From Carcharhinus longimanus (taxonomy: Eukaryota): a DNA stretch of 64,000 nucleotides. The DNA is taken from positions 24,335,223 through 24,399,222 of the forward strand of contig JASCQW010000190.1 in NCBI GenBank assembly GCA_030264375.1, in the 5' to 3' direction. Below, piece by piece: positions 1 through 11,529 of the stretch; position 1 is the stretch's first letter, and the number at the start of each line of letters is the position of its first letter. Position numbers and translations under genes: made by a program. The notes beneath the pieces are model-generated. The model did no database searches. It was not told where the DNA came from and saw only the letters and a list, made by a program, of their open reading frames with translations.

Positions 1-186
1 CAGATTCACAACCCTTGGTATGAAGAAGTTCCTCCTCAACTCAGTCCTAAATCTGCTCCCCCTTAATTTGAGGCCATAACCCCTTGTTCTATTTTCACCC
101 ACCAGTGGAAACAATCTTCCTGCTTCAATCTTATCTATTCCCTTCATAATCTTATACGTCTCTATAACATCCCCCCTCATTCTTCA
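1..186 (-). mobile_element. CR1/HER1-like LINE 3' fragment
   Basis: gaagaagttcctcctcaactcagtcctaaa motif recurs in other CR1 3' fragments in this window (26160, 26820, 53045). Confidence 0.7.
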
Positions 187-589
187 ATCTTAGTTTATAT
201 TTAATTAACTAAAGTTTTGTAATCAATCCATTCAGTTTAGTTTTAATTTTTTATTAACTAATTAATTTAATTACAATCAACTTGTAATTTAGTAAAATAT
301 TCATTATTGGTTCCAATGTACTCATTTACATCACTATTTATATTTAGTTTTTGGTAATGGCTTTTAATCTGTTTTAAGGCTTTCTATTAAAACGCTAACT
401 TGCAACATTGATAACATTTTAAATACACTCCCTCAGGCTGACACAAACCACTGCAAAGCGTTAAAGGCAAAAAAAAAGTCACACCCCCTCTGCACCAAAT
501 TCCCATTGGTTATCACATTCTCAGCTTCCACGCTAGCCATTGATGCACTCAGTTAATGTTTTGATCTGTGGTTGCACATTGTGCTGGAG

Positions 590-940
590 CTCATCAGCCG
601 ATGATTCATCTCCCAAACCAGGCTGGTGATTCTCATATGACCAATAAAGAATATTCCCCCACACACAGGATGTCAGATTGATCTGTTCTTTCCTTGGGCT
701 CTCTTTCTGCTAACTGGATACCACTTGCTACAAGTTCTGTCGTGCCATCATGCATCACCTTTTCTCCTGTCACAAACAGCATGCTCTCATACGTCGGCTG
801 AGTTGCCACATTTTCTTTTCAATCGGTCTTCAGACAATCCCATATCTTTTGAACTGAACGCTACAAGATCATTAAGAAGCTTCAGCTCACTGCAGCATAT
901 CTCGGGAAATGAAGTGTTCAGACTTGGTGATCAGACCACA
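590..940 (-). mobile_element. RTE-clade LINE 3' remnant (degraded)
   Basis: Frameshifted minus-strand translation QFKRY-DCLKTD-LKKCG..DVWEHAVCDRRK resembles the RTE ORF C-terminal region. Confidence 0.45.
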
Positions 941-1105
941 CCTTAGGGGCAGATCCTTTATTTACTGTTGGGATGTAGGTATCACTGGCAGTGGCGGCAT
1001 TTATTGCCCATCCCTAATTGCTCTTGTTAAAGTGGCCTTTTTTAAACTGTTGCATTTTGTTCAACATAGGTGCACCCACAGTTTTGTAGGTAATTCCAAG
1101 ATTAT

Positions 1106-2183
1106 GGGTGGAATTTTGTCAGAAAAATTCCAAGTGTAAAACGAGCTGGAAAATGGGACGTTCACTTGTTCATTTTTCCAGTGAGGTAAGTGATGGTAAT
1201 TTACAGCACTCTGTGCAATACATGTGAGCAATAGGTAAAGGTGCTGTTAACACATATATCTGTACAGCATGGAGAAATAGTTTAGAGTTAAATAGATTGG
1301 ATATAGTTAGGCACATTGATAACCCACTTTATGGAAACAACTGTGAGTTTAGTCACAAACATNNNNNNNNNNNNNNNNNNNNNNNNNNNNNNNNNNNNNN
1401 NNNNNNNNNNNNNNNNNNNNNNNNNNNNNNNNNNNNNNNNNNNNNNNNNNNNNNNNNNNNNNACGTCAAATAAAATCTTGCTCCTTCAGAACTTGACTTG
1501 ACTAAATTGTTTAACTGTGAGCTGTGTTTCTCACATACAGAGACCGCAATGTGAATCTCACTAGTAGGTGCGGAGGTGCCCTGAATTGTCATTCCCCCCA
1601 CCACCACAGACATTGACCCCCCACCCCTGCCACGCACATCAAATCCTCCCCGCCTCGGACCACCCCCTGTCTCTGCCCAACCCCTGATCACCATACCTGC
1701 TGATCGCACTCCCACGATCACTGCCCTCCTGATCAGCCCCAAACCCCGATCACTGCCCCCACCCCTCGCTGCAGAGTTCCCCCTTCCCTCCCCTCTTACC
1801 CACCTCCTACACACCACTCTCATCAGTGGCACTGCCTGACTCTGACCTAACCACCCGGGGGCTTCAATGACTTCTGCTCCCACTGGTGAGGCCGTCACAT
1901 GTGGTCCCCATTGGTGGGGATCATATGTGATCCTTGCTGGTGAGGACCTCAACCAGTGAGGTGGGAAAGCTGGGTGAGCCTGGACTATTGTGTAAAACAT
2001 GTCATTAATACTTCAATCAGCCTTGCGGTCTTCCCGGGCATGAGGCTGATTTCACCGGCAGAAAATGGCCGGCAGTATCGCGAGAGGTGAGAAATTGGGC
2101 ACAAACAATTTTTTGAATCTCGCTCGTATTTCATGCTGTACTGCGCTATTTGACCAGCCGAATGGGATGGAAAGATCCTGTCC
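1106..2183. mobile_element. Non-autonomous PIF/Harbinger-type element (MITE-like) with 3-bp TSD
   Basis: Imperfect TIRs GGGTGGAATTTTGTC ... GGAAAGATCCTGTCC flanked by TAT at 1103-1105 and 2184-2186; interrupts a LINE; C-rich interior with repeated gatcactgccc-like units. Confidence 0.6.
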
Positions 2184-2791
2184 TATAATCCAGTGACAAC
2201 TGAGGAACAGGGATTTAGTCCAAAGTCAGGATGTTGTATGAATTGGAAGGAACCTGGTAGGTGGCGATGTTCCCATGTGTCACCTGTTCTTGTTCTTTTT
2301 GCTCATGGAAGTTGCCAGGAGATTGTAGGTACTGTCATATGATGCAGTACATCCTGTAAACAGTACACAGTGCTGCCACTGGTGGAGGGAATGAGTATTT
2401 AAAGTGGNNNNNNNNNNNNNNNNNNNNNNNNNNNNNNNNNNNNNNNNNNNNNNNNNNNNNNNNNNNNNNNNNNNNNNNNNNNNNNNNNNNNNNNNNNNNN
2501 NNNNNNNNNNNNNNNNNNNNNNNNNNNNNNNNNNNNNNNNNNNNNNNNNNNNNNNNNNNNNNNNNNNNNNNNNNNNNNNNNNNNNNNNNNNNNNNNNNNN
2601 NNNNNNNNNNNNNNNNNNNNNNNNNNNNNNNNNNNNNNNNNNNNNNNNNNNNNNNNNNNNNNNNNNNNNNNNNNNNNNNNNNNNNNNNNNNNNNNNNNNN
2701 NNNNNNNNNNNNNNNNNNNNNNNNNNNNNNNNNNNNNNNNNNNNNNNNNNNNNNNNNNNNNNNNNNNNNNNNNNNNNNNNNNNNNNNNNNN

Positions 2792-2925
2792 TAAAAGCAA
2801 ATTACTGCGGATGCTGGAATCTGAAACCAAAAGAGAAAACGCTGGAAAATCTCAGCAGATCTGGCAGCGTCTATAAGGAGACAAAAGAGCTGATGTTTCG
2901 AGTCCAGATGACCCTTTGTCAAAGC
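2792..2925 (-). mobile_element. Penelope-like terminal fragment
   Basis: aagcaaattactgcggatgctggaatctgaaa...ggaaaatctcagca motif, also at 11003, 51380 and 61555. Confidence 0.55.
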
Positions 2926-3432
2926 TGAATGTTGATGACGGGCAATTCAGTGATGGTAATAATGCCTTTGAATGTCAAGGGCAATGGTTACGTTCCTGCT
3001 TGATGGAAATATTATTGCCTAATATTTGTGTGGTGCAAATGTTATTTGCCATTTGTCAGTCCACACCTGAATGCTGTCCTGGTCTTGCTGAAGGTGGTCT
3101 GGAGTACTTCATTAGCTAAAGCGTTATGAATGGAATTGAATATTGTGCAATCATCAGCAAGTGTCTGCCCCTTTGGCCTCACAGTGGAGGGAATGTCTTT
3201 GATGAGGCAGCTGAAGATGGTTGAGCCTAGATCACTGCCCAAGTTCCTGGAGAACTCCTGCAAAAATATCCTGGGCTAAAATGATTGACCTCCAACAACC
3301 AAAACCATCTAGTTTAGTGTTCAGTATGACTCCAACCAGAGGAGAAATTTCCCGTTAATTCCAATTGACTTCAGTTTTACTAGGGTTTCTTGGTGCCACA
3401 CTCAGTCAAATGGTGCCTCATTGTCAATCTCA

Positions 3433-3666
3433 TGGGTAGCATGGTGGCACAGTGGTTAGCACTGCTACCTCACGGTGCCAGGGACCTGGGTTCAATTCCT
3501 GGTTTGGGTCATTGTCTGTTTGAAGTTTGCACGTTCTCCCTGTGCGAGGATTTCCTCAGGGTGATCCGGTTTCCTCCCACAGTTCAAAGATGTGCGGGTT
3601 AGGTGGATTGGCCATGCTAAATTGCCCCTTGGTGTCAGGGGGATTAGCCAGGGTAAGTGCATGGGG
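3433..3666 (+). mobile_element. HE1-like tRNA-derived SINE (V-SINE)
   Basis: A box TGGCACAGTGG, B box GGTTCAATTCC, V-domain-like gtttgcacgttctccc...ggtttcctcccacagt. Confidence 0.85.
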
Positions 3667-4129
3667 NNNNNNNNNNNNNNNNNNNNNNNNNNNNNNNNNN
3701 NNNNNNNNNNNNNNNNNNNATGGGGTTATGTTATTGTTAAGGTTTATTAGTGTTAATAAGGTTTATGAGTAGCAGTAAGGTGTATTATTAGAAAAGCTTT
3801 ATTGGTGAGACATGGAAAGAAGGGGTTGGAGAATCTAATGTTTATTTTATTTTCAAGCATATTTATTGTATTACTAATGTTTAAAATGGTACACTAAGCG
3901 GTGCTGAGGAGAGACATTAATTAAAACGTAACTGAGAAAATAAGTAATTACCAAGCTGGAGATTGGCAGGAAGGAGCAAGAACTTAGCAGGGAATAAAAA
4001 GCAAGCAGCAGGAGTGGAGTATAGGCAAAGTTCAAACTGTGATGTTTGAAATAAAAGGTGATGTTGGCACAAGGGAAGGAGCTGATACATGAATAGTTGG
4101 TGAGAATTTCTATTTTCCAGTCTCACATT

Positions 4130-5090
4130 TAAAATAAATAGTCTATGAAGCAAATAAAGTTAACATATGGCAGGGTAGTTTGGCATGTGAAATGCTCATC
4201 CTGTGACACGTGGGAAGTCATTGACATGCCCTCTGGCCTAGATGACCACACATGCAGGAAGTGTAACAGACTGCAGAAACATGAGCTCCAGGTTTTGGAG
4301 CTTGAGTGATGGCTGGAGTTGCTGTGACACACATCTAGAAAATGAGAACTATGAGGATTACATGTTCAGGGTCACACCACAGGTTAAAAGAGTACAGACT
4401 GTGAAGGAATGGGTGACAGTCCAAGAGGACTAGACAGGTTGTGCAAGAACCTCAATGATCCATTTCATTCACTAACTGGTTTTTCATTTTGGATACTGAA
4501 CAGGGAGATGGTTCCTCAGAGGTGTGCAGCCAAAGCCAAATCCTTGGCACCACGGGTAATACAGCTACATAGGTGGGTGATGAAGAAGAGTGGAAAAGCA
4601 GTGGTGGTTTGGAGATTCAATAGATATGGTTTTGGAATCTGTAGATGCAACTCCAGGATGGTATATTGTCTCCCTGGTGCCAGGGTCAAGGAAGTAACGG
4701 ACCAGCTGCAAGACATTCTTCTGGGGGCTGGTGAACAGTCAGAGATCATGTTCCATTTTGGTATTGAAAACATGGGCAGAAGGAGGTCCTGAAAGCAGAT
4801 TTTAGAAAGCTCAGAAAGACATTAAAAAGCAGAATAATAAGACAGTATCTCAGGAGTACTCCCGATGCCTTGTGCTAAAAACAGGAGGACAGAGCAAATG
4901 AAAGCCTGGCTGGAGAGATGGTGCAGGAGGAAAGGGAAGCTTTAGATATCTGAAGCATTGTTGGTGGTTCTGGGCCAGGTCTGCCCTGTACAAGAAGGAT
5001 GGGTTACAACTTAACAGAACCAGGCCCAATATCCTCACAGGGAGATTTTCAAGTGCTGTTGAGGAGGATTTAAACTAGATGGTCAAGTGG
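4130..5090 (+). mobile_element. CR1/HER1-like LINE ORF1 remnant (Zn-finger plus SGNH esterase)
   Basis: Translates as CSSCDTWEV...HTCRKC and RMVYCLPGARVKEVTDQLQDILLG...MFHFG, typical of CR1 ORF1. Confidence 0.75.
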
Positions 5091-5209
5091 TTGGAACCTG
5101 AGCTGCCTTGTCCCTCTCCTTTGAGGTCAGGAAGTTGGAACATGACTGAGAACTCAGACAGGAGAAAAACAACCCACCCAGACGTCAATAACACTTACCG
5201 TGACTTCAA

Positions 5210-5737
5210 AGGGCTTGGGCCACTGTCTGTGTGAAGTACACACACTCTCCCCTGTCTGCGTGGGTTCCCTCTAGGTTCTCCGGTTTCCTCCACAGTAACA
5301 AATACATAAATACGATGGAAATAGAGGGATAAGATCACCGGAAGGGTAGGGGATTTTAGTTCAGTCGGGCAGCATGGTCGATGCAGGCTTGGAGGGCTGA
5401 AGGGCCTGTTACTGTGCTGTAATTTTCTTTGTTCTCCAGTTTAAAGATGTGTGGGATAGTGGATTGGCCATGCTAAATTACCCCTTAGTGTCAGAGGAAC
5501 TAGCTAGGGTAAATACATTGAGGATAGGGCCTAGGTGCGGTGGTGGTTGGTGCAGACTCGATGGGCCGAATGGACTCCTTCTACACTATAGGATTCTATG
5601 NNNNNNNNNNNNNNNNNNNNNNNNNNNNNNNNNNNNNNNNNNNNNNNNNNNNNNNNNNNNNNNNNNNNNNNNNNNNNNNNNNNNNNNNNNNNNNNNNNNN
5701 GGCCGAATGGACTCTTTCTACACTATAGGATTCTATG
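5210..5737 (+). mobile_element. HE1-like SINE, interrupted by a CR1 3' tail (about 5300-5435) and a gap
   Basis: V-domain at 5215-5295; ggattggccatgctaaatt...gggccgaatgg tail. Confidence 0.7.
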
Positions 5738-6004
5738 ATTATATATATGATCCTGAAGATGTGCATACGATGTTTGGATCGATCTCTCTGGAGTTTATTG
5801 CAAATTCCCTCCTGATCGATCCAAACATCGTATGCACATCTTCAGGACCATATATATAATCATAGAATCCTATAGTGTAGAAGGAGTCCATTCGGCCCAT
5901 CGAGTCTGCACCAACCACCACCGCACCTAGGCCCTATTCTCAATGTATTTACCCTAGCTAGTTCCTCTGACACTAAGGGGTAATTTAGCATGGCCAATCC
6001 ACTA
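5457..6004. repeat. Long inverted repeat (about 190-bp arms, 29-bp spacer at 5785-5813)
   Basis: 5814-6004 is the near-perfect reverse complement of 5457-5600 plus 5701-5784 (the gap flanks overlap). Confidence 0.9.
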
Positions 6005-6240
6005 AACTCCAGAGAAAGTCTCCCACATCATTGTATTCTATTGCGCCCTTTACAAGTTGATGCTTCAAAGGGGGAATCACTTGCCAAAGGGAAAATGGAG
6101 CAGGATAAGAGCTCCTTGGACAATGAAGAGAAAGAAAGCCAGAAATAAGGGTCACTTTCCACACGGCAATGCCATCAAGGATGCACGCTGTGGAAGACAT
6201 GCCTATGCCACATTGATAGCCACAAGGTTCCAGGGGCAGT
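5748..6240 (+). mobile_element. PIF/Harbinger (HARBI1-like) transposase C-terminal relic
   Basis: ILKMCIRCLDRS(GGNLQ*)TPEKVSHIIVFYCAL...LQRG and RHAYATLIATRFQ resemble the HARBI1-type LKxRFRCLDxSGGxLQYxPxKVxxII..CC.LHN C-terminus. Confidence 0.7.
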
Positions 6241-8227
6241 AAGGTAAGGCCAAAGAGAAATGACCACATTCCTCCTGTGCCTTAATGCCTTGCCATTGCA
6301 CTGAAAGGGAGTCATATTGAAAGCAACTTCTGCATTCAGAATTACATCTTCAAACCTCATGATTCAGCAGACCAGGAGCTCTGGAAAGGTCAGTGGTGAA
6401 CCCTGTATCTGTGCGCTCTGGAAAGTGAAAGCTAACACAGCAGTGAAAACGTTGCACTTGATGCAGCTGTAGCCGTCTCAATGACAAACTGCAGCTGATG
6501 GTGAAATGAGTGCATGCTTAGAGATGTCATCATCTCATCAGATGTCCTTTGGAGCTACCACTGAGGAGACACAACGACAGCTAATTCTTCCAGGCTGCTG
6601 AACAGCCCTCACACAAAGCTGTCTCTAAACAGTAAGGATTACATTTCAGATATTATCCACTTCCAGTAAAGGTTCTGACACATCGACCTGACATCACACA
6701 AGTGTCCGATAACTATCTTGAGTGAGGTCAACTGTGAGGCTCGTAAAGGGAGATGATTACTGAATAGGAAGAAGGCTCACCCTCACTATAAGAGGGCACA
6801 CATATGAATATGCACATCAAATGACCAAACCATTCTCATTGACATCAAATGTACTCACAAAAGTGCAAGATTTATACAGTGATTGAACACCCCAGAAGTG
6901 ATGTTAATATTTCTCAATTTTCCTAACCCTACCAGTACACCTGGGTTCAGCTCTGACAAGAGCCAGCCTGCTGACTGTGATGGCCTGTTGTCTGTGATAA
7001 CCTGGATAGATGTGCACTGGTGGCCCCACACCTGGAGGGCCCCAGCCTGATAAGGGGCTCTTGCACTCTCCCCCCATTCCCCCTGCTCCGGCCTGGCCAG
7101 CCAGCATGGATGGAGTCACAGGAAGAAGAGGCTCGGAGCAACTCAACAGCCTTGGTGTGTCCTGTGTGGAGGCTTCCATAGGGTCTGACTGATGCTCGTT
7201 CTCCTTGTGGGTGCCTGAGAACTTCTCCTTGATTCCTTAAGAAGGAGTGGCACCTGCAAGAAGGTCAAGGTGCCCTGCCCCTCTCTCATCTAGCTACTGA
7301 TGGTCCCAATGCAAATCTGGCAAAGCCTGCTGGAGAAGATGTGCAAGGTCGTTGCCGCCCTTCGCACGGTAACCTTGAGGTGCTCACATAACTGAGCCAT
7401 GACAGCAAGCAGAATGCTGAGGGACTCCTCCATCCATTGCTCCAGGCTGCTGAGTGATTCTCCCATCTGTGCCAGATCCTGCAGCCCCTGTCGATGCATC
7501 TCCAGCATTGTCTCAATGGCCACTAACAGATGATCATCATCTGGCTTGGACTCAGTGAGTACCTGATCTCCAGCAGTCCCCTGAGTTCCAGAGACCAGGC
7601 TGCCATTGCCTCCAACTGCTGTGGAGATATGTCACTGAGTGTTCTATAGAAAGTTATTCTGAGCCTACTCTAGAACTATGACCCACCAAGACACATACCT
7701 CTGCTGCTGAGGGTTCTTGGCTCCTCAGCAACTTCCTCTGAAGTGGACTGAGGACTGGGGCTTATGTTTGCCCTTTTGATGTGCCTGGACCTAAAAGAGA
7801 GTAGACAGATTAAGTTCATGAGCAGGCAGAATACAAGATTGCATTTCATTCACTGTAAATGTCAAAACATAATCAATTCATAGAAACCTCATCCATACTA
7901 GGTTGCCAGTAGAAGCCAATCTTGCCTTCCCCACAGGAACAATTTCTGTCCTCCCCATACAACTCTACGGTAGCTCCTTGAGTCTAGTGAGCTCCATCAT
8001 GTTGGTCATCCCTCGTCCCATCTGGGACCTCTCCCTCCTGTGTGGGCAAGCTTGGATCTGTATGAAGACAAATGAGGGAATTGTGGGCTTTGATGTTCAG
8101 CCTTTTAATTGATCACAACTTTGTTTCCTTCAAGTAACCAGATCAAGTCACCGAGTTTTTAAATTCAGACTACATAGTGAAGATGCTGGTAACTAGCCAG
8201 AGTCCAAAATTCAGAAATACACAATAG

Positions 8228-8745
8228 AGTCAGAGGTTTACAGCATGGAAACAGGCCCTTCAGCCCAACTTGTCCCTGCCACCCTTTTTTTAAACCCCTG
8301 AGTTAATCCCAATTGCCCCCATTTGCCCTTATCCCTCTATACCCATCTTACCCNNNNNNNNNNNNNNNNNNNNNNNNNNNNNNNNNNNNNNNNNNNNNNN
8401 NNNNNNNNNNNNNNNNNNNNNNNNNNNNNNNNNNNNNNNNNNNNNNNNNNNNNTCAGCCCAACTTGTCCCTGCCACCCTTTTTTTAAACCCCTAATCTAA
8501 TCCGAATTGCCTGCATTTGGCCCATATCCCTCTATACCTATCGTACCCACGTAACTATCTGAATGCTTTTTAAAAGGTAAAATTGTACCTGCCTCTACTA
8601 CTACCTCTGGCTGCTTGTTCCAGACACTCACCTCTTTTTCACACTCTCTGTGTGAAAAAATTGCCCCCTCTGGACACTTTTGTATCTCTCCCCTCTCACC
8701 TTAAACCTATACCCTCTAGTTTTAGATTCTCCTACCTTTGGTTAT
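8228..8745 (-). mobile_element. CR1-like LINE 3' end
   Basis: acaggcccttcagcccaac tail plus ccactctctgtgtgaaaaa-type motif; flanks duplicated across a 100-N gap. Confidence 0.7.
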
Positions 8746-9574
8746 TGTTTCAAATTCAATTACAAGAATCAGCATATACCAAAGTATAGGCATTATCTCT
8801 ATCCATTCATAGCTATTGATTAAGGTGAAGGTTCCATCATGCATAAGATGTAAATATTAAAACCAATCACAATCAATACAGGCTTGTTTAATTATAATAT
8901 CAATCAGCATGAAGACTTAATCATGTTAGCTGACCTAATTCATCATTGTTACAAGTTTTCATTGATGTCCCAGTTTGTGTCTGTGTATATCATTTGCCCC
9001 CAACAGGTCCAGATGTCTGATTTATTGAATTCTCTCAGACTAAAGGTCTTGGAGCTTATCTGTGAAGACTTTCATAAACACCTCTGTGTTTTTCTCATAG
9101 CAGCTTATGTGATTTCTAAACTTCTGTGATTATTATCCCTTTCAAATGTATATGATGAGAAAGGATGTGGCAGAGGTTAGAAAGCATACATACCTCCTGC
9201 GTATAGTGAGCGCTCCCCAGAAAGGACTGTGGATGGAGATTGTGCAGCATGATAGATGAGATGCTGGTGATGTGAAAGTACCTGTGAGACAGTCACATGT
9301 CCCGCATAACATTGTACAAAAGCCCTGAAGAGTGTAACCCTTTGAGTGCATGCTGTTATGCTGAGAGTGTCGCATGGAAGCGAGCTGAAGATGAACTTAC
9401 TTTGACAGAGTGGCTGAGATTATTCATTTTCTTCCTGTATTGGAGAACATAGAGGGGAGGTTGCCAGCCACGTAGGCAGGCCTGCTCTGCCATTACCTCC
9501 AGGGCTGGAGAGGTGAGGCTTGGGTGCTCTCTGGAGTTGATGTACTCCTCTTAACAAGACCTCAAGGAAGTTTT

Positions 9575-9842
9575 AAAGTTTTACTTTATTATTGTCACAG
9601 GTAGGTTTACATTAACACTGCAATGAAGTTACTATGAAAATCCCTTAGTTGCCACACACTGGCACCTGTTTGGGTACACTGAGGGAGAATTTAGTATGGT
9701 CAATGCACCGAACCAGCATGTCATTCAGACTGTGGGAGGAAACCAGTGCAGACGCGGGGACTCTGCACCTACAGTGATCCAAGTTAGGAATTGAACTCAG
9801 GTTCCTGGCATTGAGGCAGCAGTGCTAACCACTATGCCATGA
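9575..9842 (-). mobile_element. HE1-related V-SINE inserted in the Harbinger Myb ORF
   Basis: gactgtgggaggaaacc core, tRNA-like head near 9790-9840; same tail as 54408-54580. Confidence 0.75.
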
Positions 9843-10544
9843 CTAAGCCTGGGCACGGCCTTCTTCTTTTTCTGTGCAACCATTTCTTTAGATCTCCTGA
9901 AGATAGCTGGGCTGGAGAGAGTGGAAGATGTGTGCTCAGGTGGTGCCTGGACCTTCAATCCCAGCAGATAATGACAGAGTGGACAATGAGTTCCTGCCTC
10001 ATCATGTGATTCAGAGAGGTATACACCTCTGCAGAGCTTCGTGTCCAAAATCGGGTATGATTTTCCTTTCACTCTGACTAGCTTGAAACAGACTACGGAA
10101 CCTGCCTGTGACATTCCATCCAAAATGATTTGAAACTTGATGCTTAATAACAAAAAAAACAACATTTAAGTAGATGCTGTGCAGGTTGTCCACATACCAT
10201 ACATTTAAGTGAGATTATTCTCGGGATGTTATTTTCCAAATTCCCAGGATGCTTTCACACTGAAATCCAATGCATAGAAAATTAAACTTTTGAGGCTAAC
10301 TCAAAATGTAATGAAACACATGTGAGATGGTGCTAAATGCTTCACCTCACAGATACTAAAATGATTAATTACTCATTCTATGTAACTTTTGCATTTGTTG
10401 TACTTATTCTGTAGGACAGTAAATCCATTATGTATTTTCAAAGGTAAATTTTATAATGTAATATCAATTGCTGAATTTTGATCTCTATGTTTGGATAACT
10501 AAGTATGTGGCAACCTTATAACTGACAAAGTACAATGGGACTTT

Positions 10545-10990
10545 CACTGGATTAGTCACTCAGACTAATGTTCCAGGGACATGAGTTCAGCCCATCATGT
10601 TGGCTCAACGCAGATATGATGGGCTGAATGGCCTACTTTTGCACCACAACTTTTCTATGGTTCTATGTAATCTCACCATGGCAGGTGGTGTAATTTTTAA
10701 ATTCAATGAATAAATCTGGAATTTAAAGTAACGATGACCATGATTGATTGTCACCTATCATTAATTGTTGTAAAAACCCATTTGTTTCACTAATGCCCTT
10801 ACAGGAAGGAAATCTGCTGAACTTACCTATTCTAACTCACATATGACTCCAGACCCACAGCATTGTGGTTGACTCTTAATTGTCCTCTGAAGTGGCTTGC
10901 TAAGTCATTCAGTCCAAGGATAATTAAGGATGAGCAACAAATGTTGGCCTTTCCAGTGATGCCCATATCCCACTGAAGGATAAAGGAAAA
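10545..10990 (+). mobile_element. Shark SINE with LINE-derived 3' tail
   Basis: ggaaggaaatctgc...gactccagacccacagc core (also at 46655-46745) and gggatgggcaa...cccacatccc-type tail shared with LINE fragments. Confidence 0.6.
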
Positions 10991-11002
10991 ACTAATATGA
11001 AA

Positions 11003-11520
11003 GTAAAATACTGCAGATGCTGGAAATCTGAAATAAAGGTGGAAAATGTGGAAATACTCAGCTAGTCTGGCAGCGCCTGAGGGAAAGGAACAGGTTTAAT
11101 GTTTCAGGTTGATAGTCTTTCATCAGAATAGGAGAAGTTAGAAATGTAATAGGTTAAATGTAAAAAGCAAATGAAAGAGGGGAGGATGGAAAAAGGACAA
11201 AAGGGAACGTCTGTGATAGGGCGGAAGACAGGAGACAAAAGAGTTCATGGTTTAAGACCAAGGGGAGTAGTAAGGGCTCAAATAAAGAAACAAAATATAT
11301 CTCGAGGGATGAAGAACTGCCCTCCAAAGCAAAATCAAGTAAATGAGAATAAGATCGAAACATGCAAAGGAGAAGGAACCAAAATGAGGACAAAGGTTAC
11401 AGTCTGAAAGTGACATACCCAAATTTAAGTTCAGATAACTGTAAAATATGCCTGGTCAAAAGATGAGGTGCTGTTCCTCTAGCTTATATGAACTTCACAG
11501 GAACACAATGCAGCACTTAT
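11003..11520 (-). mobile_element. Penelope-like element 3' fragment (GIY-YIG end plus terminal repeat)
   Basis: Minus strand KLEEQHLIF at about 11460-11486, purine-rich spacer and the terminal motif. Confidence 0.65.
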
Positions 11521-11529
11521 CCGGATAAC

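Larger units (their letters stand above)
955..3430 (-). mobile_element. L2/CR1-group LINE 3' portion, fragmented by later insertions (pieces about 955-1105, 2184-2407, 2925-3430)
   Basis: ORF 3042..3263 gives LGSTIFSCLIKDIPS...LADDCTIF (RT motifs). The 3' tail at about 960-1040 is shared with 30784 and 35760. Sequence resumes collinearly after the insert at 1106-2183. Confidence 0.7.
6930..10170 (-). mobile_element. PIF/Harbinger Myb/SANT-like partner ORF relic (spliced, degraded) and flank
   Basis: ATG at 9883 (MVAQKKKKAVPRLS); QYRKKMNNL at about 9416-9442 followed by a GTAAG donor; exon-like KLAH-RRERSQMG...GEDRNCSCGEG at about 7920-8060; coiled-coil-like ORF 7290..7523. Convergent with the transposase relic. 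Confidence 0.6.

Noticed and set aside
1353-2000. 215-aa Gly/Arg-rich ORF
   Set aside because: Antisense reading of the C-rich interior of a non-autonomous element, extended by a gap; no recognisable domain.
3433-3505. tRNA-like sequence with A and B boxes
   Set aside because: Head of an HE1-like SINE continuing into the V-domain; not a standalone tRNA gene.
8260-8540. Direct duplication around a gap (similar cases at 5564-5737 and 53180-53296)
   Set aside because: Typical scaffolding overlap around fixed 100-N gaps.
8884-9129. Possible plus-strand exon after a ccccaacag acceptor
   Set aside because: No recognisable protein similarity and no convincing donor or partner exons.
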